From Chrysomallon squamiferum (Eukaryota; Animalia; Mollusca), in assembly GCA_012295275.1 (NCBI GenBank), contig CM022679.1:20770001-20834000 (forward strand): DNA of 64,000 bases. Reading direction: 5' to 3'. Positions 38,538-55,483 of this stretch are shown in pieces. Numbering within the stretch: the first letter of the stretch is position 1; the number at the start of each line of letters is the position of its first letter. The notes under the pieces are model-generated. The model ran no database searches and was not told where the DNA came from. It saw only the letters and a program-made list of their open reading frames with translations. A program made the translations under genes and the position numbers.

Positions 38538-41219
38538 TTTGTTCTTGTTTATTCAGGAACATTTAGCTAACAGTTTACTATGTGTGATGTAAGATTTCCT
38601 CAGTCAGTTGTTTTGTAGCTGTATTATTTTATTTCTGTACTTATTATTAGCAAAGACAGGTTTTCCATTAAAAATAAAATAATTACTTCTGACTATAAAA
38701 AACCAGCATATTCTAACCATTTATTCAGAGCAACAAAGGTACATTTAAAATAAAATATTTATTCAAATGTACTTTTTCAGTGGCATTGTAACAAAAATTT
38801 ATTTTGAATCAATGACTGCCAGTGGAGGAGATGAAATTCGTATTCGAAGATTGACAACAATTTCTTCTGCAATAGCACCTCCTTCCATTCAAAGATGGAC
38901 AACAGTCTGGCATTGGTACTGGCAGGATGAGAATGGAGAGTGGAAATATTATGGTGATCCAGTAAGTAGATTAAAAAATATTAGTTATATTAAGTCATCC
39001 TTCAGTGACATAATTAATTTAAGATAGACATTGTATGAAGGAAGTATAATTATGTTTCTACTCTTTATTTACTCACCAGTTCTCACTGAAAATATTTATC
39101 CTGTTGTTACTGAATAGTCACTAATTAAAGAAGTTAATACAAGTATTTTGTTAGCAGAATCAAATCAGAACACACATTATTATTTAATGTACATAAAGAT
39201 TTTTTTTTTTTTACTTTATACTTAAAGGATATAAAGGGTTTGAAAGCAGATCTTGATAGTGACAAGATTGAGAGAGAATATCAAAAGAATCCAGATTCTC
39301 AGTTTGATTTTAAAAAGGGACGCTTCACATATGCTCTGTCATTCACTGAAATGAAACAAATAAACTGTAAAACAAACAAAAAACGCAATATTCGGCGCAG
39401 AACAACTTACTTCCATCCACAAAATACTGAGAGAAGGTACATTTAAAATAGCAAATATAAACACTTAAGTCTAGAAATTCTTACCAAGTATTTCAATCAT
39501 TGTTACTGATAAACTCACATTTGTAAAGTGATACAAAAAATCTTAACCACTGATTATAAAATGATTATACTAATACTGTTGCAAAATTCTAAAGCTGTTT
39601 ATTTCATAAGGGTTTTCAGGTGTTATTTTCATTTCATATTTTACCAATAAACAAACTCTTTAGAAATCAAGTTATTGTAGATCTCAAGGAACTATTGTTT
39701 CTAAACATGTAACAAATTAGTCAAATCTGCTTCAATGTAAATTTAATTGTTTTGTATCTTTAATATTCTGATTGTGATTTACTTTCAGAACTGTGGATGA
39801 TGTTGATGATGGTCAGTTGAAGTGTGCTGTACCAAAAGAATGGAAAGTAAGTAAAAAAGATGTGATTGAACATTATCAAGTGAAACAGGTGTGTGAAATA
39901 GTTACTTCAGTACAGTTAATTATGGGCTTCATTTTCATTTAATATCCATCATGAAATGAATCCTTTTTAAAATAGAACCAGCCATGAGTATAAAGTTATT
40001 TTTATATTTCTATTTTAAAGGTGAATTATCCAACAGTATAAGGTTATTCTGATATCAATTTAAACCTCTGTTTTAATACTGAACCAGTCAATGGTATAAC
40101 ATTAATCTAAATTAAGATTATACTTTAGTCTTAATACTGAACTGGATAAATATATAGTTATTCTTATATTTCTGTTTTAATATAAAGTTATTCTGAACTG
40201 ATGATAGATTTCTTTTCAATAATGAACCAGCAAACAATATAACAGAAAGATAAACTTGAATAAAAATGATATATGGGTAGAAATCACAATATAACAGGTT
40301 TTTTTTTCTAGAAACCTATATGATTTCAGATTTCATGCTTTAATAATTCATCATATTATTCTTCTTTTTATCCCCTTCAGTTGAATTCTGAAACCTTTAA
40401 GCATTACACTATGGTACCTGCCTGATTCAAAAGCTCTATCATTCATGATGAAATAACACAAAATCATAATTCTTTGTAGGATCAGCCAGAACATTACAGA
40501 TCAGGTGAAAGATGTTATTCAAGATATCAGTATGCAATGAAATATCCGGATGAAAGTGAAATTGATTTTCAACCTGAAATAAGAACCACCACAACACCTA
40601 CTAAATCAGGTGCTATGAGTGAGCCTGGCAGAAAACCAAGAAAGAAAAAAACTAGTGGAAAACAGCTGTCAACAATCTGCATTAATAACCTCAGAGGCAA
40701 ATGCAAATTTGGATCTTCCTGTTATTCTGAGCACAAGTCAGGAATTTACCAGTGGCAGTGGAAGGCAGACACTGATCTGGAATGGACTGATTTTAATGAC
40801 GACAACAACATTGCAATAGAGAAAATCTTTAGTCAACCAGATAATTCTGTGTGCTCTGTAAAAATAGGGTACATTATTTGATTTACTTCTATAAATATAT
40901 ACAGCAATTAAGTGAAGAGGCTTGTAAGCCAAGGCTTCTTTTTATATTGTTTATTTATTTATTTATTTATTTATTTATTTTGTTGTTGTTGTTGTTGTTT
41001 GCTTTTTAAATACAAGATCATTAAACATGATTCATGGAAACTGTTCTTACAAGCTGTTCAACAAAATATTTATAGGTATATTTATTAATGAAAGTCTCAT
41101 ACTTGTCATTTTTTAAAAACACCCTTTTGAAATTTAAAAATATATATTTTGTTTGATTAATAAGTACACATCAGAAGCAAATAAGAAACCTAGAAAATTA
41201 TTATTATTTTCATGTATTA

Positions 41220-41268
<49 letters not shown>

Positions 41269-44200
41269 ATTTTTATTAATTTATTCTAACCATAGCAGAG
41301 GAAAATGCAGCTATCAGTTTGCTATGTATGATGTAAAAGGTTGTATTCATTTATTTTCTAGCTGTATTATTTTACTTCTGTACTTATTTTTAGCAAAGAC
41401 AGGTTTTCCATTAAAATAATTAAATAATAACTTCAAAGTATAAAAATCAGCATATTTTAACCATTTATTCTGAGCAACAAAGGTATATTTAAAATGAAGT
41501 ATTTATTCAACTGTAATTTTTCAGTGACATTGTAACAAAAATTTATTTTGAATCAATGACTGCCAGTGGGGTAGATGAAATTCTTATTCAAAGGTTGACA
41601 ACAATTTCTTCTGCAATAGCACCTCCTTCCATTCAAAAGTGGACAACAGTCTGGCATTGGTACTGGCAGGATGAGAATGGAAAGTGGAAAGAATATGGTG
41701 AACCAGTAAGTAGATAAAATAAATTAATTATTTTAAGTCATCCTTTAGTGAGATTATTAATTTTCAGATACTGATTTAATTTAAGACAGACTTTGTACAA
41801 AGGAAATATAATTATACTTCTACTATTCATTTACTCACCAATCTTCACTGAAAACATTTATCCTGTTGCTACTGAAAACTCTGTAGATTAAAGAACTTAA
41901 AACCAGTATTTTATTAGCAGAATCAATCAGAACACACTTATTATTTAATGTACTCACAAGTTGTTGTTTTAAATTATTATTCTTAAAGGATGTCAAGGGT
42001 TTGAAAACAGATCTTGATAGTGACAAGATTGAGAAAGAATATCAAAAGAACCCAGATGCTGAGTTTGATTTTAAAAAGGGACGCTTCACATATGTTATGT
42101 CATTCACTGAAATGAAACAAATAAACTATAAAACAAACTACAAACGCAAAGTTCGGCGCAGAACAGCTTATCCTGATCCAAAAAATACTGACAGAAGGTA
42201 CATTTAAAATAGCAAATATAAACACCATCAAATTCTTACCAAATATTTAAGTCATTGTTACTGATTCACTCACATTTTTTAAATGTTATCCATTGATTAT
42301 ATAGTGATTATACTAACACTGTCAGAAAATTTTAAAGTTGTTTATTTCATAAGGGTTTTCAGGTGTTATTTTCATGTCATATTTTACTAATAAAGAAACT
42401 CTTTAGAAATCAAATTATTTTAGAATCACAAGGAACTATTTTCTAAACATGTAACAAATTTAATGTGACAAATTAGTCAAAATGTTTCAGTGTTAATTTG
42501 TTTTGTATCTTTAATATTCTCATCCTGATTTACTTTCAGAACTATGGATGATGTTGCTGATGGCCAGTTGAAGTGTGCTGTGCCAAAAGAATGGAAAGTA
42601 ACATCAGAAGATGTTATTGAGCATTATCAAGTGAAACAGGTGTGTGAAATAATTACTTCAGTACAGTTAATTATGGGCTTCATTTCCATTTAATACACAT
42701 CATGAAATAAATCTTTTTAAAAATAGAACCAGCCATCAGTATAAAATTATTCTTATATTTCTGTTTTAAAACTGTATTAGTCAATAGTACAAAGTTGCTC
42801 TTATATTCCTGTTGTTGAAGGTGAATTAGTCATCAGTGTAAAGTTACTATATTTCTGTTTTAAAGCTGTATTAGTCAACAGTATAAAGTTATTTTTATAT
42901 TTCTGTTTTAAAGGTGAATTAGTTATTCTGATTTCAGTTTAAACCTCTGTTTTAATACTGAACCAGTCAACAGTTTAACTTTATTCTAAACTAAGATTAT
43001 ACTTCAGTCTTAATACTCAGCCAACCAAATATATAAAGTTATTCTTATATTTCTGTTTTATTATAAAGTTATTCTTTTTACCTCCCTCAGTTGAATTCTG
43101 AAATGTGTAAGCATCACACTATGGTACCTGCCCCATCCAAAAGCTTTATCTGTGTTATGAACATATGGTATAATACTATTTTTTACAGTTTAGAATTATT
43201 ATTGCAATTGGACTTGTGAAGTCAGAGCAAGCACTGTTTTTCTGACAACACAAAAAGAAACTATAGAGCAAATTGATCCATCATGTGTGCAGTGATGTTG
43301 TGACTGTAGGAAAATGCTATTTTCATCTGGAAACCTTCCTTTATTATACTTTATTATTAATTAAGTATGGGATTGCAAATAACAAATCAAACATAACCTG
43401 AACATATAGAGAATGAAATTTACATTATTTCTTGTTATCACTGAGGCTATACTTTATTGACATTGGTATCTCCTGTCAAATATTTAGACAAAGTCTTTAG
43501 AGTGCTGCTTTTATCTGCACTATACAGATAAGCCGGTACAAGGCATGTTTGCGATTAATTCAGTTTTGAGATCAATTTGAATTGCACAGTTTAGATGTGA
43601 AACATCAAAAACTGAATAGTTATCAAAAAAGAAAGAGAATGATGAAAAGTGGATTATTTTAAATTGCAAATTATTGAAAATGATTGTATTTAAATATTTA
43701 TGACAATTTGCATTTTGTAATCATTCATTTATAAACATCTGAGTATTTATAACGAAGCACATCATGCGAATTGTATGGATTTTTGTTATTATTTTATTTT
43801 TTAATTTTTTTTATTTATTTCTGATATTTTCAGGTTGACAAGCACAGCCAAGAGTTCAAGGAAATTAACAGTCTTTTTCGTGAGACAATGTCTCAAAACA
43901 TTAAAAAACTGCAGAGAATTGAAAATGGAGAATTGTGGAGCAACTACTGTCAGTAAGTCTACTTTCTCTATAGTGAACATTTTACTACAGATTGCTGCTT
44001 TCTTCGTACTAAGACAATATTGTATGTTTGATGTTTATGTAGTTTTTTTTTTTTTGTGTTTTGTCTACTGTGTACAACTAAGGACAGGGGATCAGTCCTT
44101 GTTAATGTACACAAATCACATAATTTCCTGTCTTATCCAGTTGTCCATGACTCATTTATACATGACTGTACTTTGTACTTTTATGCCTGGGGAAATAAGT

Positions 44201-44899
44201 ATATAAAATATTATTTCCTCCTAATGAAATAAAAAATAAATAAATGAAATAAAATAAATAATAATAATAATAATAAAAAGAATAAAAAATGTGTAATTGA
44301 CTTGACACTGTGCAACTGTAAATTAACAGAATATTGTTAAATAAAAACATTTCTTTCATTTTCAACTATTATTTTTAATTTTTTTTTTAATCTTTTCTGT
44401 ACCTTAAATTTCAATAATTTAATAAAAATGGTTAAAATGTCTCCTCATAAAATCATTAATTATTATAATAAAATTATTTTTACTCTTTAACAGTAAAAAG
44501 ACTGTTATGAAAAGGAAACTGGGTAAAGTGGAGGAAAGGCAGTTATTTCATGGTACGGCAAAGGAAAACATCGAAGCAATCTGTCATCAGGGGTTTGATT
44601 TTCGCTTTAATGGAAAAGCAGTAGGGACCCTCTATGGAAAAGGCAGCTATTTTGCAACCGAGGCTTCTTATTCTGATTCTTATACTGACTGCAAAATGAT
44701 GTTTGTGGCCAAAGTTCTGGTTGGTGAATTTGTCGAAGGTAATGGGTCATACGTGCGGCCTCCACCCAAAGATGATTCAAAACCTCATGGAGATTTGTTT
44801 GATAGCTGTGTTGACAACACAATAGACCCCAAAATCTTTGTCATATTTGATTTAATCCAAGTTTATCCACAATACCTAATTAAATATTGCAAACAATAA
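37975..44899 (+). CDS. PARP12/ZC3HAV1-like mono-ADP-ribosyltransferase, probable A+B chimera: CCCH-WWE-WWE-linker-CCCH-WWE-WWE-PARP, 10 exons, ~707 aa
   Basis: Exons 37975-38204, 38781-38961, 39228-39436, 39789-39888, 40480-40868, 41525-41705, 41989-42197, 42540-42639, 43834-43952, 44494-44899 form an open frame of 2124 nt. CCCH motif CIPHLRGKCKFGSSCRSEH; WWE motifs YQWQW...EW.DF and WHWYWQDENG.WK.YG; catalytic QLFHGT...GKGSYFA...KIFVIF...YPQYLI (H-Y-I triad). The alternative is a truncated copy A plus a promoterless copy B starting at ATG 40537. Confidence 0.78.
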
Positions 44900-46537
44900 T
44901 TTGTGGTAATCTAGCTGCAGAAGTCACCTACACATAAACAGAGTTTCTTGATCAGGAAAATATTAAACAGAAAAACATTAAATTTCAGCTTATATTATAA
45001 GAATAACTTTAAAAACTAAACATGTTTGATGTTTCATCAAATTGGATGATTGGTTTTTCGCCTGTTTTGTTTTGTTATTTTGCTAGAGATATATTATTTA
45101 GCCTGCTTTAACGTTTTCTTTTATTACTAAATACAGATTTATGCAAATGTTTCATATTGGTTTTTTAAATATGTACTGTCTGTAAATTTGAATTTAATTA
45201 TATATCTTTACCTAATGTGTGTGTATGTATTTGTGAATAACAACACATTTTAAACATTTTACTGTTGTACCTGTTCAGTGTTACTTAATAACATTTATAA
45301 TTTTAAATATGGTCAAAATATTCTTTGCTACCTTTAGGACAATTTACTGTAATCTAAATTTAGCTTTATAGAAACATGTCTTCAATGTCTGTATAATAGA
45401 AGCTTCATCAAAACATAAAATAAATATACAAATAAAATGGTATCGTAGTTCTGTGAGAAATGGTGGAAAAAATCCATCTTCTCCCATCCAACTAACTACA
45501 GACAAAGAGCTTCAATACTTTCAATACAAAATCTTTCTTTTTATCTTAACAACATATTTGATAATACATAGTATAAAAGATTCAGATAACAGTTAATTTT
45601 GTCATATAATTAGTGAAGAGTTAATAAACTTGTTTTGCTTATGTAAACATGTTTTGACATTTTGGAACACTGTTATAAACTGGGTATTTGTGAGAATAAA
45701 GTGAGACGAAATAAAATTCACAATTATTTTAAACAACCCAAATTATTCTGTAGAAGATAATATAATAAATTTAATATTGTTAATTGGCTAAATAGTGCAT
45801 ATATAAATCAAAAACAAAACACCCAAAACTACCTTTAACTAAATTCCAAATTTTCAGAACAGGTATTATTAAATAGATAAACAGAAAATTAATTTGAAGC
45901 CAAATCAAACATTTGGAAAAAACTCTAGGACTGAAATGTAAAAATATCAACCATGTTATAAAATTTACAGATAGAAATGAAGAAAATATATGTACAACTT
46001 TAAAAAACAATGAATACTATAATTTACTCATTTATGTATCTTAGAATATCGTATACTTTGTATTTATGGCTTAAATGTTTCTGACTAGGAATTACAACAT
46101 AATTAGGACTGATTTATAGATTTATACTATAGATAATCAGGAGTCCATGGATATGATCATTCACATTTTTTAGATGCACTGAACAGGTGTCTTTCCAAGA
46201 TAACTTAAATGATTGTTAACCTTTGCATTTCAACTAGGAGCAAAGTATATTAGTAAAATTAATTCCCAGCCCCCCATTCAGTGATGTTTGTGGATCAACA
46301 TTATTAGAAAAAAAAACCCAATCATTTAAGGCCAGACAATGGACAAGCATTTCTTTAAATTTCACTTATTTATTTATTAATACAGTTTGTGTGGGGAATA
46401 ATTAATGTATTTTATTAACTTTATTTTTTTAGTTTTGCAAAATTAATATCATCAAGTCCATGTCCCATAAAATTCAATGATTGTTTTAATTTTATTTTAA
46501 ATGTTGATAATTAAGAATGTAATTTAGTAATGTGATA

Positions 46538-46586
<49 letters not shown>

Positions 46587-46690
46587 GGTGGTGCAAAAAC
46601 TAAAATTATATAGTGATGTATTAAAATGATTCTTTTAATTAAAGATTTTTTTGTTCTATATATTTATTATTATATGGATATTTCTCCAAG

Positions 46691-46800
46691 ATGTATCCCA
46701 ATTCCTGTATTTCAAAAATGGAGCTGAGGTTAGAATGTCATGTTCTGCTCAAAAAGGATGCTTTTACCAAATCTGATTCCCGTGCAGTTATATTTGGGTC
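46691..46800 (+). pseudogene. Copine relic, N-terminal C2A exon
   Basis: Translates to MYPNSCISKMELRLECHVLLKKDAFTKSDSRAVIF, resembling the copine start CVSKVEL.ISC..LL.KD..SKSDP..V. Confidence 0.7.
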
Positions 46801-47458
46801 TCGAAGATTATTATTTTAAATATTATGAAATGTTTTTATTTAAGAAATTTGTATTGTTTTTATTACTATTTTTTTCCCTTAATATGCTTTCTGAAAATAA
46901 TGTATATATTCAATATATATTATTTAAACATGTTTTTTATATATATTCTCATTTTATTATTATTAGATAAACTTGTTAATAAATCTGTAGCAGGTTCACT
47001 ACAATTCAGAGGGAAATAATGTAGAAATGATATAGAATAACATAATATTATTTTTTTTTTTTTTTTTGAAAGGGGTTGATTATATCTTAAGCAGTCATAA
47101 GGAAGCCAAAATCAAGCAATTTATTTATTTATTTAAGACACACATAATTTTATTGTCATTTTCTTTAAAATAAAAATTAATGCAATACTGTTTAAATTAA
47201 GATTTTGGTTTTAATAGTGTCAAAATTATGTTTTAACCCGATTATTTCAATTATTTTCAAATACAACTTTAATGTTAATAATAATTTTAAAACATTACAG
47301 TAATATATCAGTAAAACAAATCAGTAAAATAAACCAATTAATAATTTTGTTTATAATCTTTTTTATATTATTTCCCTTCTTTTTTTCAAATACACACCAT
47401 CTATCAACATGCTTATAACATTTATTTATTTATTATTTTATATATTTTAGTTATTTAA

Positions 47459-47611
47459 TTTTTCGGACAATTTTCTAACCATAAAACATTTTGATATATA
47501 TATACATAAGCATAATAATAATTAAAAAAATAAGAAATTTATAACTTATAAAATATTTCTTAGAGTATTTGATATCAAAATGTTTTATGATTAGAAAAAT
47601 TGTCTGAAAAA
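47459..47611. repeat. Fold-back / MITE-like inverted repeat (~40-bp arms)
   Basis: TTTTTCGGACAATTTTCTAACCATAAAACATTTTGATAT ... ATATCAAAATGTTTTATGATTAGAAAAATTGTCTGAAAAA, with a second internal palindrome TAAGAAATTTTATAACTTATAAAATATTTCTTA. Confidence 0.75.
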
Positions 47612-49977
47612 TGTATATATTTGTAAATATTCTGCAGTGGTCAGCAGGGGTAAAACCTCTTTATAATACCCCCTGGAATGCTGCCATCCCTATTTACTGT
47701 CCCAAAAATGCTTGACCATCAATTGTCTGGATATACGTAAATTTACTTTGTTCTACCACCAGACACTATATTTCTGTCAACAAATCCAGCAAAACACTCT
47801 GATCTAAATACACAGGTAATTTACCTGATAAACTGCCTTCAGTTTGCAAAGTATTTTACGAAACAAATTATATTTTGCCACTTAATTGTTGATGTTGTTG
47901 GGGGATTTTTTGGTTGATTTTTTTAATTCTTGAATTCAGGAAATCAGCTCGGCATGGCACAACCAAAAATATTTGTAGTTTGGTACCTTTGATATTATCA
48001 GGTTGTTACAGTTAGCAGACTTAATATAAATTGCCAATTCTTCATTATTGTTTTGAAACTTTGAGAACTCTCCATCATAAACTGATATTGATACATACTG
48101 GCATATGTATTTAATGAAATAATATTGTTATGTCTGACACATTTCTTTAAGACAGGGCCACATTAAACTAGTGTGATACCCAAAACATATGTTTAAAAAG
48201 GCCCCTAAATCCGAAAAGTACACCTAAATATTAAAACATAAATTATTTACTTGCATAGTAAAACATTGCATTTTTTCCACTTGCTATAGAGACAGATAAT
48301 ACGACAGTCGTGTCTGATTCTTATTTAAATGTAGATGTCGGTTGTAGATATCAAACGTAACACAACTACAAAGTAAATGACGTTTACTATTTGCAAATTA
48401 GCTGACGATGCAGGAACTGTCACTTTCACACACACGTTCATGTTCAGTACTTATTAGAGTGAGCCTCTTTAGTTTATTTTGACTCATAGTGTAGGGCTGT
48501 TGTCATGTGTTTTCTACTGATTTGATCCCAGTCAGCCTTTGACATAAATAGAGTTTTGCAGAAAACCTAAATATGCAAAGTTTGGAACTGTTTTTCTGTC
48601 TTACACGATTAGAAAAGATGTTTTATTTAAACTTTTATTTTTTTTTTTTATATGCAAAAAAAAAAAAACAAACAACAAACAACAACAACAACAACAACCC
48701 AAAAACTATTTGATTTCTCATTTTTTTTTTTATGTGTTTCTGTGCACAGCCTATGACTAAAAGCTGACAGGTTATCAGATCTCCCTTTTTTTGTTCACCC
48801 CTTGAGATTTTTCTTGTTCCAGTCAATACTGTACAAATGGTTGCTTCTTATAAAATATTAATTCTCTTCTTATTAATTAGAAAGTGTACGCAGTAAAGTG
48901 ACAGAAGCAGATTTCATCCCCCACCCTCTCCTTTGTACAGACACTACTGTTTGGTTAGCTTCGAGTAATTACCGACTTTAGTATATATTGGTGAAACATG
49001 TGATTTACTTTATTTATTAAGTTAATAGACATGAAATAGGCTCGCTAATGTATGACCACTGTAGAAACACAACAAAACTCAAATTACTCTACTTACCATG
49101 GAATACACATACAATCGATGTCCACACTGGCTGTTGTGTGGAATTTCTGGTATTATATATTTTTAGTTTATGGTGGATCCTCTTAGAGATTAGTCTGTAT
49201 GTTAAAATTGTTCTTCACCTTTTAATAGCATTAAAATTTAATTGGCCGTACTCCCGACACCCAAATTGGAGGATTCCATGATAGCACAGCAACATGTAAA
49301 CTTTTACTTAAGCTGTTTATTTATTGGATGATTCTTTTTGTATTCTGCCTTTTTTCACACAAATTCATACAAATATTATTACTGTAATTATGCAATTAGA
49401 ATTTACGTTGAATTACAGTTTCAGTAAGAATTATTTTTTCGAAGATACCTTTATTAAAAAATATACAAATAACTATTTATTATTGAAACGACAAACAAAA
49501 ATACAAATACCATAATTTAGATGTTTGCGAAAGATGCAAATACAAAAGCAAAAGAAAAATCTTTAGTCTGACAAAGATGATAAAGTGTGATGGATTATTT
49601 GCATTCCTTAGTAAAAGAACTACTAACACGTTAATCCAAATTATGAAACATATTGTACATGAAAGAATTAGTCGTAAAGTTTCAGATTGATTCAACACAA
49701 GATAATTCATCCATTGGTCACTTGAGCATTAAAGAAATTGTTATCTGTGACTGACTGTTTTAAGCTGTGCCAGGTAATGTTGGTAAGAATATAGATTCAT
49801 TGATCTATTGACTGAAATATTAAAGCGTCATAAAATTGACCCCCAAAAATGTTTATCAGATAGCACAGGTGGCGCTGTAAGTTACCGTGGAATGGTTTAC
49901 AAAATAAAATTGTTGGTATGACGTAACAATACGTTCGTATATGCTCCTTTTCGTATAAATGAGCACAAATTTAAGAA

Positions 49978-50337
49978 TTTCTTTTCTTGCTGGTGTTTAT
50001 ACACGGCAATTTGTGAATCTCATCTAATGGCATGAGATCAACAGCTATGTTCAGTTGTCCACTGACCATTCTCACTCTTGTCTGCGTCTCCAAGATTTGA
50101 TCATCAAGCTTAAGCTAAAACTATTTTTGGATAATGCAGACATAGACCAGTGTAATGAGAAAGCATACACAATTTCTTACTTGATTTAGGGTAATGTCTA
50201 TAACGTATTCAGTGTTTATTACTATGCCATTAACTAAAACATATTTCTTTAAATATTTGCAGTCTATTCAGCCTTTATAGTTAACTCTTTAATTAAAACA
50301 GTATGTTTAATTGTACAGATATGTTTTACACATGAGG
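49978..50337 (-). pseudogene. Inverted copy of exon 6 plus upstream intron of the coiled-coil gene (source ~28019-28380)
   Basis: The reverse complement matches the source along its length, e.g. TTTTAGCTTAAGCTTGATGATCAAATCTTGGAGA and ATGGTCAGTGGACAACTGAACATAGCT. Confidence 0.92.
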
Positions 50338-51449
50338 ATGCCGTTATTTGTCATCGCGTATTTTTATGCGTTGGGTTTGGTAGATTCCGTTTATAACAAA
50401 GTTGAAGGAACAGACAAGAATAACGTTCATAGCAATACTTTGGAATTTGTAAATAAATCTAAAGACTAGATTTCACAGATGAAAATAAATAAAATCAAAA
50501 ATGAGTAACTGATGCTAATGTTAAGTAATATTAGATTTTACATTTTTTTTAACTTCAAGTATTAAAGCAATTGCTTAATGATGGTGAGAATATGAGTTTC
50601 AAGTACAAAAAATGTACTATTTATAGATACAGAGATAGAATGATAATTAGATAGAGAAGCCTTGAGATGGCATTAATGTGAAATGGGATGGAACACTGAA
50701 AATATAGGGATGCAGTACTCGTTTTATATGTATTTACATAGGTAAAAGCAGCACGCGAGTTTTGTGATATGCGTCAAAGTGTATTTGTGTATTTTTAAAA
50801 TCATTTTTTGTATGTGGGATATTCACAGAAATTTCTTTCATTACTGTATTCATACGTTTACATTACTTTGATAAATGTTTTTTGACGTCTATTTGATTCG
50901 ATGTTTATTTTTATTCTCCTTCAGTATATAAATACATTTAAAAATTATATTAGATATAATTTATTAGTTTTTTTTGTTTTTTTTTGTTTTGTTTGTTTGT
51001 TTTTTAATGAATATAAAAATATTAAAAGATTGAAGCAATAGACTGAAATTACAAGAATTTCCCTTACTTTTTAAATTACTAACATAAATTTTGTATCATT
51101 TTACTGGTATTTCCATAGGCTTGTAATTTTTATTTATTTGTTTCTGTATGATGTCGCTTTTAACAGGGAACTTGTTTGGGTTTTTTCACATGGTCGGAAG
51201 TTGAGAACGATTGGACATGATTTAGGGGACTAGGCACAGTCTAATTTATAAATAACTTTTGCGTCATTAGGTAAACCACACATTAGGTAAACCACACATT
51301 GGTAGAAGCGTATGCACAGAGATTACATTTATTAATAAAAGTTTTGTCATTTTTATTTTTTAATATTAGTCACAATCGTTGATAGCACAAAATCACCCAC
51401 ATATTGAAGATTCCCAGCTTTCACACGCGAACTGTGACAGATGATTTAA

Positions 51450-51478
51450 TTCTCAGAATCAACACTGCTTTCTGTTTC
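51450..51478 (+). promoter_or_regulatory. GAS (TTCTCAGAA) + ISRE-like (GCTTTCTGTTTC) composite upstream of PARP copy C
   Basis: Same 17-bp start-to-start spacing as copies A and D, 79 bp before the ATG. CGGAAGT at 51195 and kB-like AGAATTTCCC at 51054. Confidence 0.55.
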
Positions 51479-51556
51479 GACAAAGTTTTTCCGGTATTTG
51501 TAAGAATCACTTGATTAGAAATAAATTCAGAGCAGGAATACTACTGAGATATCATA

Positions 51557-55483
<3,927 letters not shown>

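Noticed and set aside
43835-44206. 123-aa ORF, and the 153-aa ORF at 54352-54813
   Set aside because: Wrong frame across PARP exon 5 and into its intron; the phase-consistent frame is VDKHSQEFKEINSLFRETM
47649-48012. Possible old pogo-type MITE (GTAAAACCTCTTTATAATAC ... GATATTATCAGGTTGTTACAG)
   Set aside because: TIRs are too degenerate and no TSD is visible
49480-49710. Hydrophobic minus-strand ORF resembling GPCR TM1-TM2
   Set aside because: The frame is interrupted by a stop in the two paralogous copies; treated as part of the uncertain TLR-like relic
49861-49878. CTCF-like GCACAGGTGGCGCTG, also at ~60297
   Set aside because: Partial match only, absent upstream of copy A, and explained by duplication of the surrounding block
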